The notes under the pieces: model-generated
What the model was told of the DNA's origin: nothing
The model's database searches: none
What the model saw: only the letters and a program-made list of their open reading frames with translations
Made by a program: the position numbers and the translations under genes
In this document: in pieces, positions 41,881-54,132 of the stretch
Layout of the letters: every line of letters begins with the position of its first letter
Position numbering within the stretch: position 1 is the first letter of the stretch
From: Thalia democratica
Taxonomy: Eukaryota
Length of the DNA stretch: 54,132 nt
Reading direction: 5' to 3'
Assembly (NCBI GenBank): GCA_965202585.1
Contig: OZ241827.1
Span: 93,062,001 to 93,116,132, forward strand

Positions 41881-44800
41881 TTAGTATAAAACGTATAAAG
41901 GTAACTAGTTATAAAAGAAAGGATTAATATAGTATTAATTAAGGTATTTTAACAGAAAAATTATTTGATAATATAAGTGAGTCTAAAATATTATAATTGG
42001 TCATAGTTAAATAGAAGTCAGTTAACTTAAATGAAATTATTCAAATTATAGTTCATTTATGAAAATTATTAATTGAAATAATTTTTAAGTTGACATAAAG
42101 CTACGTGAGTAGTTGAAGTTTGCCCTGACTTGTCATCGGGTCTACTTGAGATTTTGATATGATAGTAGTCTTCTAACTACTAAAAATAGGGTTTTTAATT
42201 GTTTAGTTTACCAACCAAACCCTAGACTACTAACTTAACTTTAACCAATAACAATATTACTTTAGAATAATTTTAACAAATGAATGACTTAAACTAGCTA
42301 AAAGACAAAAAGTATTTAACATTTTCAGTGCCCTTTATAAAATAAACCACAACTATGTTGTTAGAAAATTTTGGTAATCCTTTTAAATGTTTCATCGTAG
42401 ATGACAAAAAATAAATCCTAAGAATATCTGATTATTTAATTTAAAAAAATTAGAAAAATCAATTTAGTAATAAGTTTCAAATTAGTTTAAATATAAAAAA
42501 AATTACATTATAGAACTGATAAACTACTTATCTTTCTACTAATCTTCTACAATCATAACCTAGTTGTAATAATACTAGTTAATTTTCTACTATTAGCATG
42601 TATTAATTTGCTGATGAAACACTTCATATTTTCAAATAAATTTATTAATTTGGTACTTATTTATAATTCAAAACTATAAAAGTAAGTTTAATTCTTAAAA
42701 ATTAACTAAGTTATTAATAAATGCTTTGGGGTTTCTCAGGGAGTCTGAATTTTTCTAACATGCTTAAACTAGACTAAGTTGACATGAGTTAAATATGATA
42801 GGTTTTGAAACTTGAAAAACTTCAATTTGAACATTAAATAGCAACAACCTAAGTGTACTATTACTACTAAATGTAAGTCCCCAATGTAATAATGAAAGCT
42901 TTAATAGAGACTAAGAAAATCTAAGATTAATTATGTAAGTATATCTATACATAGGAATATCAATAATCTATTTTTTTTAAATATTGTCCTGCATTGACTT
43001 ACATAGCCAAAATTAACCAGAAACAATTTCAGAATTTTTATTAGTTGGCTGGACAAAATGGTGTGAGTAATTATTTACAGGTAGCCAACAAATGCTATAT
43101 AATTATGCAGCAAATTAGTTTATCAAATAAATTAAAAAAAATCCTAAATATACTTAAGTGTACTGATTCTAATCTGAATTAAAAAATATTTATTGATGGG
43201 TATGTATATAGTTTAATAAAATTTTGGAATATTTTGAAGATATACTATTTTAGATCGACAAACTACTAAAGTATGACTTTTTAAAATAAATTATATATTA
43301 TTAATAAATATATTTGGACTTGTACCTATTGGACATAGTTAAGGATTAGTAATTGTTTGTACGAGTTTGTTTTAAATTAAAAGAGTAATGGGGTTTTAAT
43401 TTTTTCTATTTTATACGTGAGTTAGTTAAGTAATTTAAAAAAAATTCTAGTGGACTGATGTTAAGTAAGGATAGTTTAGAAATATTAATTGAAACTGTCT
43501 CAGAATAGCAATAGATTGTTTAACTGGATAAAATATCCTGCTTTACATTATGTTCAGCTAATTCAAATATAAAAATAAAAGGATTTGAAACCAATTACTA
43601 AATTAATTTAAAACAAACTAAATCAAAATTAACTACTATAAGAACATTTATATGTGTTTATAAATTTTGAACATTTAACTTTGCAAATATTATAAATCCG
43701 TTAGCAACATTCTGACGCCCTTATTACAAATAAGGGTATTCTATAGCTAAAAGATTTATTATAAATGAATACTATTAAAAATTCAACAACAGAAGCAAAG
43801 TTTAAAATTAGATAAATTTAAGCCAAAGCTATGAATATGTACAAGATGGTTATAAACTAAATAAGTTACCGAAATTTGTCCTGAATTGACACAATTAGTC
43901 TGGGTAAGCAAAACTTGTCAGTAACATTAAAAAAATTGCCATACTTAGCTAAAGTTTTTTTTTTAATACTCAATAGCCAACGTTAACAAAAAAAATCAAA
44001 ACATTCTCGTAACTATTTCTTTTTAACTGTCAACTTTCGTAAGTTTTTCTATAACCACAACTTAAGAATACTGATTTTGAAGTTTTATACACTGAATGCT
44101 TTATAAGTTTTTTGGTGTTACATTATCTATTTTCACAAAAAAAATACACTAATCAGGACAAAATTGTTTGATTATTAACAAAATACCATAGTTTTTTTAA
44201 TACAATAGACAAAAGCAAACAATCAAATACTAAATTTAATGTTATTCTTGTAAATTTCAGTGTTTGACAAACTTAATTTAACCCATGCACTACCAAAACT
44301 TAAGTGCACTAATAGTAAAAATTGTTCTACAAAAAAAAACACAAGTTCCTGATAAAATATTTTAACAAGTAAGATTAAGAACTTATCAAAACTGTTTTTT
44401 TTCAATTAAATTCTAGGTAAATAAAACTGATTCTAGTTATTTTAATTTACCGTAATTTGTTTTAGTTGATAAATTTTTAGTTCACAAAACTTTTCCTGAA
44501 TTATTTTAACTTACCTTTGGTATGCAAAAATTATTGAAAATAGCATGAGTCAGCACAACATGACAAAAGATTTTCTGAACTAGCTAACATTTAGTCAGCT
44601 AAATATTATAAATGTTTTAAAATTTAAGCTTTGGACAAAATTGATACTACTAGTTAGTAGATACTACTTTTTTTTTTCTCGTTTACAATTGTTAAATGTT
44701 AAAAGAAACACTACTTGAATTGTTAAAAGAAAAATATCTTAAACCAAATAATCTGCTTTACAAAAAATTGATTTTGATTAACAAGAAAATATAAAAACAA

Positions 44801-44922
44801 ATGTTGATGCTGTATTTAAAAAGGTTTCACAACATGTTCAAGATTTTTTATTTCTATAACTATTAATAAAAACAACTTAAATGATAAGTTTAGTATAAAT
44901 AATATCACAAATATAACAAGAA

Positions 44923-45313
44923 CAAGGTTACCACTAGTTTTTAAAACTTTCTTGAAACTTATGAGAATTTCTTCCAGGTTTTTTAAATACACCTTTTTAA
45001 GTCTATTTCTAGTCAAAAGTTAAGTAAAAGGTTAAAAAAACTGTGTTAAGCAGTATAAAAGTTTAATGAGTTTAGAATAAAATAATTTGATGATAACAAA
45101 AGTATGATATATTTTGGTGTCAAGTCAAAACTTCTTACTTAAGAATTAAAATTTAAAAAACATTTTAACTGAGATTTTTTTACGTTTGTAATGTTTTACG
45201 AACTTTGTTCAAAATTCCAGCAATTTATTCTAAATCTCGTAAATTAAAGGTTTTTAAGTTTTTTCAGCTATAATTTCAAATTCCAGGGTTTTCCAAGTTT
45301 AGTGGCAACCCTT
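44923..45313. mobile_element. Degenerate hAT-like MITE
   Basis: Left CAAGGTTACCACT versus right AGTGGCAACCCT (reverse complement AGGGTTGCCACT); internal TTCCAGG(G)TTTT motifs; no TSD preserved. Confidence 0.5.
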
Positions 45314-46944
45314 TTTAAAATTTGATTCAAAACTCTTGCAAATTTTTGTAAAATTCTATAAATGTAAGACATTTCAAAATAAAAAACTAATTTTATACAT
45401 TTTAAATAACAAAAAAAACTGGAGAACAAATGTAGCAAACAATTCAAAAAAATAATATTAACTTATATATAAGAATTTTTAAAAATGTACTTTAGTTCAA
45501 AACTTGAAAAGTTAATATTTAAATAAATGTACAGTACTGAACTTTACTAAATTTATGTAGCACCAGGTTTAAATGATTCAGTACTGTATTTGAAAAATAC
45601 TATAGATAGTTTCAGTGTTTTTTTGAAAAATAGTTAAAAAAAAAATCTATAATTAGCATATCACTGCATTTAAGGATTTTTTTTCAAACAAAAACAGTTT
45701 TTGCACAACTAAATATTTAGTTGTTTACAGTTTAATAGAGAAAATAACAATAAATGTATTCTATTTTACTTTATATAGTTGATTTTAGTAACTTATTTGC
45801 TACTAGAACATATTTTTATTTAGACAGTCTGGTTTTTTGTCTCAAAACAAATAAAGACAATCTGAGTGACAAAAACTATCATGAGTTACATCAAACTAGC
45901 ATAAGTAAAATTGAACATTTAAAAAAAGAAAACAAAACAATTATAAATGCTAAAAACTAAAAAAAAATAGGCAAATTTAATACTAAAAAATGCTAATACT
46001 TAACTTTAGAAAAAAAAATTAAAAAACACTAAAGTGTAAAGACTACCTGATGTTTTTGAAAAATATCAAAACTAGTCTGAGTTTATCAGATATTTTCATA
46101 AATACCTGAGTAAAGCTGAAATTTTTATATAAACCTAGCTTCATTTAGTCTGGTTAAGCCCAAGCTCATCTAAAACTTAATTTTGGCATTGGAGGACAAA
46201 GTATTCTGAGTGTTGTGAACCTGTAAAGTGTATTTATGCTACTAGATATTTTTCCTGCATACTTCTTAAGTTTCTGATGAAATGTTTTAAATTTTCATAG
46301 AAACTTTATATAAAATGGTTTTTGATTGATAATACATCAAAGCTGTCTTTTATTGAACTTGATATATAAGTCATTAAAGATCTTTGTAATTTTCAAAAAA
46401 GTAATGATTTTAATGCTACATGAATGAGTTGTCATAATTGTTCTAAACACTTTATAAATGTTTGTTCATTTGAAATTAAAAATTTACGCTGGAGTAGTTG
46501 TGTGGCGATTTGCTTATTTAAATCTGGCATCTATGGTATGAATAATATATTTTTCTAAGTTTTCTATAAGCGAACTTATATTGAACTCAATATTTTTTTT
46601 ACAAAATAATAGAAAATAAGCGCAAAAGGAACGATTTATAAAGTCTATAGTGAAAAAACAATATGAGATTACAAAGAAAAAAAAAAATCTTCCGCTGCGG
46701 AATTTAAATCTTGATAAACCAGTAATAATAGCCTTACTTCTACAATAAAAAAACAATCCAATCTGAAATTAGCTTCCAAAACACTTTGCAAAAGTTCCCA
46801 AAAGCTTGCCTGAAGAGAAAATCAGCCAAAATGCTTTATTTAGTTTACAGTGTGTAACATTTTCTTCTTAACAGCTTAAAGTAGTTTAGAGATTATTTGT
46901 TTTAACTTGATTTTTGTTTAAATTAATGTTAGTAATTCATCACA

Positions 46945-47065
46945 CGGGGACATATCACTTTTGCACGAGCGTCATTTTTGCGAGAGGGGACACATTTGCA
47001 TGGCGACTGTTTTTCACGGTGAAACCTTTTCACGGAAAGATTTTTGCTCGGCAATACTTTTGCAC
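46945..47065. mobile_element. Fragment of the same TTTTGCACG-repeat MITE type as 6679-7136
   Basis: Serial TTTTGCACGAG, TTTTGCGAGAG, TTTGCATGG, TTTTCACGG, TTTTGCTCGG and TTTTGCACT motifs. Confidence 0.5.
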
Positions 47066-47866
47066 TATGTCACATTATTACGACATAACATAAACTTAAA
47101 ATAGCTGTCGAAAGACAAAAATAGTCAACAAAGCCTACCGATGCCACTAAAGTAGTAAAAAATTAAAGAAGGAAACAGAAAATTCTCAACAGCGAACCGT
47201 ATCTGTTTCAGCACAATGTGAAAAGTTTCATCTCTGAAAGATTAAAAACAAAACTTTAAGTTAGAAACTAATGGAAAGAAAAACTAATGCATAGAGTAAT
47301 GTTCGTTTATATTTATTAAAGATTAGTTTTTTTTATTTTACCAACAGAAATACCATTCAATAGCGTTAATGAAGTTTGTAATATTCTTTAGTCATATTAT
47401 ATGTTTGTACAGACGATGAAAATCTGTATGTAGTTTAATTTTTAAAGTGAGATTTAAAAAACTTACACTTCAATGTTAACAAAAAGAAGTTTGAGCGTTT
47501 CAAACGGAAGAAGTAAAAAAACAGATGCAGTACACACTAATTGAAGAAAAAAGACACTCTAATCAAAAATGTTTGAAGTTTAAAACTATTGGATTTATAT
47601 CAATCTGCAAATTTTTCCTCCAGTGCAATTTTCTATGTCTACACGTCATCAAGTTTTATAGATAAAGCATAAAGAGATATTATCTAACTTGAATAATTTA
47701 CAAGATTCCTTGTTGACAGAACAAAAATGTAGTGCTACTGCATACAAGCACAAAAAGTAACCATTCAAATTTTAGTTAGGTAAGAAAAAAGTTTTTCATT
47801 GCTTATAAAAAAAAGTTCAGTTAATTCTTGAAGTTAAAAAACAAATTATTATGAAAATATAGCAAT

Positions 47867-50666
47867 AAAGTCCTCTGTTGCGGGCTTTATAAACCGTAAA
47901 GCACACATGAGAAAACTAATTTCACGTCAGTAAGTCTTACTACCGACACACAGAAGTAAAAAGCTTCAAATAAAATACAATGTATATATATAAATAGAAT
48001 TAAGTTATTTAACTTGATAAATCAAATCTTTCACACAGAGCCCACCTTAAGGCCTTTTTAGATAAAAAGGTTTACATTAAGTTTTTGCACAAGCCGTTAT
48101 GCATGGTTTTTGATAGTATCAAAATTACCTAATAATTTATTTATGCTAAATTTTTTAATTCTATCATGCTTAATTTAAACCTTGTTTTGAAGTTGATGAG
48201 TGGATAAGCACGAAACTCGAGTCTTTTAAGTTTTGCATCTAAAAATAAACCTTTATATATAAATATATAAAACAATTGTTTGTTAAAAAACAGCTATTAG
48301 TCGGAGAAGCGTAAGAATGTTTAACTTAGGAGGTGAAGATCGAAAAGAAGTTATTGTTGAGAGAAAATTATTAAATAGCTTATAAACAAGTTGACGGTGA
48401 TGAAAGTTACAAGTGTGCTCACATCCAAAAGTAAAAGAAAACAAGAAAACATATAACAATTTGTAGAAAAGAATAACGAAACTACCATCATTTGCATTAA
48501 TTAAATTTTAAGTTTTTTAATAACAAGTTTTTGTTTTTTAAACAACTATAATAAATTTTGATATTTTTCAGTAGTCTTTTGATATGACTTTTATACTTTA
48601 AATTTAACCAAAATAAATCTGTGCGCTTTAAACTGAAAACATTGAAAAGATATAAAGAAATATAGTAAAGTAGAAAAACAGTAACTTTAAAGACTGTTGC
48701 TTTCCGAAAAATTTCTGAAGAGGAGCCCTCAATTGACAGTCTCACAGAAGGTGATGTCCTCCCTACTGATAATGAAGAGGAACCTTCAATTGTCAGTCAC
48801 ACAGAAGGTGATGTCTTCCCTACTGATAATGAAAAGGAATTTATGAAGTAATAAATAAATTTTAACGATATTTGTCATGTTAAGGGAGACGGAATAAAAG
48901 CTAAACGAAAGATGCATAAACGATCTTAATAACAAAAAAAGGTTTTGTTAAAAAGATTAAAATAAAGTCGTTCGTTGCGGACTTTAAAAAAAAACGATGA
49001 AAGGAAATACGTGTGAAAGAAAAATATCTGTTGCTTCTAAAACTCCAACTGAAAAGTTTTAAAAAATCTCACGATGTCATCAAAACAGTTTAAAGTTTAA
49101 AAGATAAGTTAGAAAAATTAATAAGGAAGTAATATCAATTCCGTTGATGAAGGTAAATATACTGAGATAAATTCTTTATTTGTTCAGACTATTAAAATCA
49201 ATAATAGTTTAGAATTTTTATAGCATGTACATCTTTTAATACCAAATATTTCTCTTAGTTAGCTATAACAATTTTTTTACTAAGATTTATTAACACACTT
49301 TAAAAATCGACAAGGGGATCAATTAATTTGAAGAGGCTTGAAGACAAGTAAAATTATTAATAAAGTTATAGATGTACCTCAAAACAGAAAGCATTTTTAG
49401 ACGAAAAAAAGTATGTTAACAACAAATAGAGTAAATATAACGGAACTATTCAAGAAAAAAGACATTAAATGAATAATTAAAGAAAGATGAACAAAAGTTA
49501 CTTTAAATAATCAGAGTTGAAATAAAAAGACGAAAACAAAGTTCTTTGCTGGTCTTTCCTGGTGAAATTTTATTCAATGCTTAGCAGTTGACAGTTTATA
49601 TCTTTTGAATGCAAAGTTTTATTTTTGTAAACTACAAAGGTTTTTTAGATAAGTCTTAGTATAACCGTTGGTAAAAAAAGAGTTCAATCTAAGAACGTTT
49701 TCCATATCAGAAGTTTCAAAAGAAAAATTTTCAGATTGCAAACTGCGTTTTTTTGGTATTATGTCAGCCGCGCTTAATCTGTTTTGTAATTTGCAAACTT
49801 CTATCAACTTAGTTATGTTGATCAAATCAATTTGGAAAGTCATCAAAACAACATCAAGTGCAATTTGCTATGCCATCTCGTAAATAAGTTGCTTTAAACT
49901 GTAAAAAAGACATAAAGAATTAGTGGAAGCAATGAAATATTTTGAAGATTAATTTTCGGCAAAACAAGAATTTTAGTCCTACTGCTTCCATACGAAAGTG
50001 AAATGAAATAACTCACAGTTTAATCAGCTAAGAAAAAATAAAAGGAAATATTTGAAATTAAATAAAAACTTAATATGAAAAAGTAGCAACAAAGTCCTTA
50101 GTTGCGGATTTTATTAACCGTAAAATACACGTTAAAAAAGCTGAAGTGTTTCAAAAAGCTCACGAAATCGTAAAAATGGTTGAAAGTTAAAAAATAATAT
50201 TTAAAGAATTAATAAGGAAGTAGTCATCAATTCCGGTGATAAAGATAAATATATTTGAGAAATATTTTTTTGTTTGTTCAGACAATAAAAATCAATAAGA
50301 GTTCGAAATTTTTGAAGCAGTTACATCTTTTAATGCCAAATATTTTTCCTTGTTAGCTAGAAGCATTTGTTTACAAAGATTTATTCTAAAAAAAGACACT
50401 TTACAAATCGACATAGGAATCAAGCAATTTGTAGATTCTTGAAGACAAATCAAAATATTAACAAAGAAATAGATGTACCCCGAAATGAAAATAATTTTTT
50501 TGTATATGAAACTATGTTAATATCAAAAATAGGAAATATAACGGAATTTTTCAAAAAAAAAGACATTAAACGAATAATTAAAGAAAGATGTACAAAAACT
50601 GTTTTGAATAACCAAGGTTAACAATAAAAAGACGAAAAAAAAGTTCACTGTTGGTCTTTCGTGGTC
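47867..50666 (+). repeat. Decayed ~1.1-kb periodic duplication of coding-like sequence
   Basis: Shared head AAAGTC....GTTGCGG at about 47867, 48963 and 50091; 48970-49563 and 50100-50666 align over about 600 bp (for example AAAAGACATTAAA(T/C)GAATAATTAAAGAAAGATG). Confidence 0.7.
48717..48830 (+). repeat. Two-copy 57-bp coding-like tandem repeat (EEEPSIxSxTEGDVxPTDN)
   Basis: Units 48717-48773 and 48774-48830 are in frame and end at TAA 48849-48851. Confidence 0.85.
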
Positions 50667-52339
50667 AGTATTTACACACTGATAGACCAGGAAATATAGT
50701 CTAAGTATTTACATTAAAGTGTAAATACTAGTATAAAATTTAAGTGTAAAATTCTAAATTTTTAACTTTTACTAACTACGAAGAATTACATATAAAATGC
50801 TGAACATAAACCCAAAAAGATCACTGAAAAATCAATTAAAACTCCTCTTTTGAAGCAAATAAATAGAAAAGCTTCAAAGATAAGAACTTTCTATTTTAAC
50901 GGCAAGAACCGAAGAAAATTATAAAGGATCAGATAAAAAATAAAAACAGTTTATAGAAAAAAACAAGCTAAATAAGAAAATGTGGCTACTAGTTTCACTT
51001 TTGCAGATTTTTTCCGCGTTGATAGGCCGTTTGAACATACTATAAATATTTAATACTTACATGTACAAGTGTATACGCTTCATCTGAAACTAATAACTAT
51101 CTACGTAGAATGCTTTCAAAAGTTCAATAGCTTTTCAAACCGAACAATATAGTAAAAAGAAAACGAATTTTGAATAAAAAGCTTTAGAAAACACTATCAG
51201 TATAACACTATAAGTATTTGGATCTAGTTTAGAGTCTTTTGAGTATTATTTGTTCTTCAGACGATTTAAATCAGTAAATGTTAAAAGTCTCTAAAGTATG
51301 GTTTTGAAAGAATAGCAACTTGAGGTTGCAGAGTAGAAAACCAAAGAAAAAGAAGTAAAGTAAGATGAAATACAGTTTAGTAGAAAAAGAGTAATTCATT
51401 GTTTTTACATTGTAGTTTTGAAAGATCTTTAAAACAACCTTCAAATAAAAACTTGAACTAAACAAACTTTCTGTGTTGTTTTAATATAGATTTTGAGTAA
51501 ATGATATGATATTACAAAATTACAATAAAATTATACAAATAAATAGTTACGTCATAATTAAGAAGCTGTACATTTTTATTTATTGTAAAAATGATAACCT
51601 GGCCAGATTACGCTAGTTTATCTCAATGCATGTTAATTTTCAAGTTTATTTAACTTTAGATACTTATCTATCATAAATTTCAGTTTGTAAAAGTATATAA
51701 TGAAATTATTATGCTTTTGTAATTAAGAACGCGAAAGTACTTTTATATACTATAAAGTTATAATAACATAGTTCACTCTTAGGTACATTAAGTTACATTA
51801 AACTATAGTACAAAATTTGAATGCACTACTTTTAGAGACTAATAAACTAAACGGCTAAAAACATATGCTAACAAATAAATTTAAGATACTATTAGAAAAA
51901 TGAAAACCTTTGAACTATTTTTAGTAATTTCAAACCATTTCAAGTTATAATTACTTGCACAGTCAAGGTTATTTAAATGTTATTTAAGAGTTACGCACTG
52001 CAACCTTTAAACTCAAAAACTAGCTACAGATTTATAAGCTACAGAAAAGTACCAATTTTGAATTTTAAACTTCAGAAAGAAATTTTTTTATTTTTAGTTT
52101 TTCCAAAAATAATCAAGAAACATGCTAGAGCCGACAGCAGCCCGAGTCCAAATGCGTTCTTAAAACAAAAAAAAACTTTTTAAGTTGAAATAACAATTTT
52201 TAAATAACTTTTTTAAAACAAGCTGTAAGAACGTTTTTGTGGTAAGAATTACCACTAGGCTTTTAATGAAATACTTACGTAAAAATAAAGCCTTATAATT
52301 GTATATTGTATCTTTTAAACTAGAATTTTTTTATCATTT

Positions 52340-54132
52340 GCGAAAATTATTTTAAATAATTGTGGCTTGCCAAGAAAATATTTACTTGGTCCGAAACTCT
52401 TGTGCTCAAGAACTATTAATAAAAAATAATATATCTGGTAAACGTATCCGTAAGTTAGCTAATTCTAAATCGTATATTACTATAAAAGATCATAAAGATA
52501 AATTTCCAGCAACTATAAAATGTAGATTAATTAATACAAGTAAGACAGACATTGGTAAGATATCCAAAGTTATTTTAGCAAACATTATTAATGATGTAAG
52601 AGCCGCCACTGGTTCGATCCAATGGAAAAATACCGGTGAGCTGTTAAAATGGTTTCCGTCATTGGATGATAAGAGTAATAAGCGTCTTGTCAGTTTTGAT
52701 ATAGTTGAATTCTATCCTTCTATCATTAAACAACACCTTTTAAATTCTTTAAACTATGCCTCCATTTATTCAAAATTCGCCGATTCCGACAAAGAAATTA
52801 TTATACATGCATGCGATTCCTTACTTTTTTCAGACAACAATGTTTGGAAAAAGAAAAATAACGACACTTTTTTCGATGTGCCTATAGGAAGCTTCCATGG
52901 TGCAGAGATTTGTGACCTTGTCGGACTATATATCCTCAGTAAACTGGGAAATGTTTTCAGTAACTGTGGTTTGTATAGAGACGATGGGTTAGGTGTCATA
53001 GATCTAGCAAAGCCTGTCGTATACGACAGAACAAGGAAACAAGTGTTTAAGGTAATGTCAGATATAGGTTCCAAAATTACTTTAGATCTGGGTAATCAAG
53101 TGACTGATTTTTTAGATGTCACCTTAAACCTATCTGATGGTACTTTTCGCCCTTACCGAAAACCAAACTGTTTAATTAATTTTATCAATTCAAATTCCGA
53201 CCACCCCCGACATATAAAGAAATCTATCCCAATAATGACCCAGAAACGCTTAAGCTCATTGTCATCCAGTGAAGAAATATTTAATGAAATAAAAGTTCCA
53301 TATGAAAATGTATTAAAAAAAAGTGGTTTTAAATGTAACTTAACATACATGATAACAAACTATAATACTAATAATAGTAATAATAATGATATTTCTAACG
53401 GTAATAACGATAATAAACATAAATATGACAATAATAAAAGTAATAACAGCATCATTAACAATATTAATAACGATAATGATAATAGTTTTAAAAGTAACAG
53501 TAATAATGATTATAACATTAATAATATTGTAAATAATTTTGATAGTAACAGTAACATTAATAACAATAATTGTAGTAATGATAATAACAATAACAATAAA
53601 AATGATATTAATAATAACAGTATCACTAGTTAAAATTATAATAAAACGCAAAAAAGTAATAAGTCTCGTAATAGCCGTGTGTTGTGGTATAACCCACCAT
53701 ACTGTTCTAGTATTAACGTAAACTTGGGTAAAGAATTTTTGATATTAGTAGATAAACATTTCCCAAATAATCATTGTTACCGTAAAATATTTAATAGAAA
53801 AACTTTAAAAATTTCTTATAGTTGTATGAATAATGTTAAGTCAATAATACAATCACATAATAATTTTGTTTTATCTAAATATAATGAGTTGACAGCACAA
53901 ATTAATAATAACAATAAACCTAATACTATTAAAAATAATAGCAACTATTCAGATAACACAAACGTAATTAATATTAGTTTAGACATAAAGGATAACAATT
54001 GTAAAAATAACAAGGTTAATATAAACAATAATGATAACATTAATCTAATTATGAAAAACAACTATAACAGGCCTATAACTAGAAGTATCAGTAAAAACCT
54101 AACTAAAAATATAAACTCAATTGTACATAAGG
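52340..54132 (+). mobile_element. Penelope-like retroelement (Naiad-type features), 5'-truncated RT plus linker, continuing past the window end
   Basis: Motifs ITIKDHK..CRLIN, FDIVEFYPSI, GSFHGAEICDLVGLYIL, LYRDDGL, FLDVTL and PYRKPN..NSDHP. After a single TAA (53631-53633) the same frame continues with WYNPPY, KIFNRKTLKISYSCMNN and QSHN. The GIY-YIG domain is expected beyond the window and was not seen. Confidence 0.88.

Noticed and set aside
44545-44555. Perfect ARE/MARE-like site ATGAGTCAGCA upstream of H3.3
   Set aside because: A single motif found post hoc with no supporting cluster or conservation evidence.
50091-50400. BTB-BACK domain guess from EFEIFEAV
   Set aside because: Spacing to the preceding helix does not fit and the conserved Trp is absent.
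53631-53633. Selenocysteine readthrough, as known for some Naiad Penelope-like elements
   Set aside because: The interrupting codon is TAA, not TGA, and the conserved Cys positions visible here (CRLIN, EICD, SYSC) use TGT.
53340-53721. Ile-rich 103-aa minus ORF and 60-aa plus ORF
   Set aside because: Alternative readings of the AAT-rich tract in the retroelement.

Overview
Very AT-rich, intron-containing animal genomic DNA; composition and repeat content resemble Hydra or a related hydrozoan (inference only). Genes reconstructed with splice sites: (1) a three-exon NAA80/NAT6-like GNAT acetyltransferase (minus, 9240-10197); (2) an intact, intron-containing histone H3.3-type gene with unusual tail residues S24 and T31 (minus, 40904-41835); (3) a single-pass membrane mucin-like gene (minus, 30017-36486) whose ~111 x 30-bp repeat exon carries two in-frame stops and a frameshift; (4) a frameshifted coiled-coil + RING gene (minus, 22120-22726). 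The most unusual structure is a second H3.3 paralog remnant (plus, 24829-28496). It is split by a 3382-bp non-autonomous hAT-like insertion with an exact 8-bp target-site duplication, and a perfect 74-bp inverted copy of the element's left end lies 261 bp upstream, so two identical ends face each other across an H3.3 exon fragment. The two H3.3 paralogs differ at many synonymous sites yet share 3'UTR motifs. The rest is MITEs, minisatellites, decayed duplicated coding-like modules and a 5'-truncated Penelope-like (Naiad-type) retroelement running off the right edge. No rRNA, tRNA or CRISPR features were recognised. All alignments and counts were done by eye; no database searches were run. I did not find a clearly new multi-gene system, and the H3.3/hAT structure is the best candidate for something undescribed.
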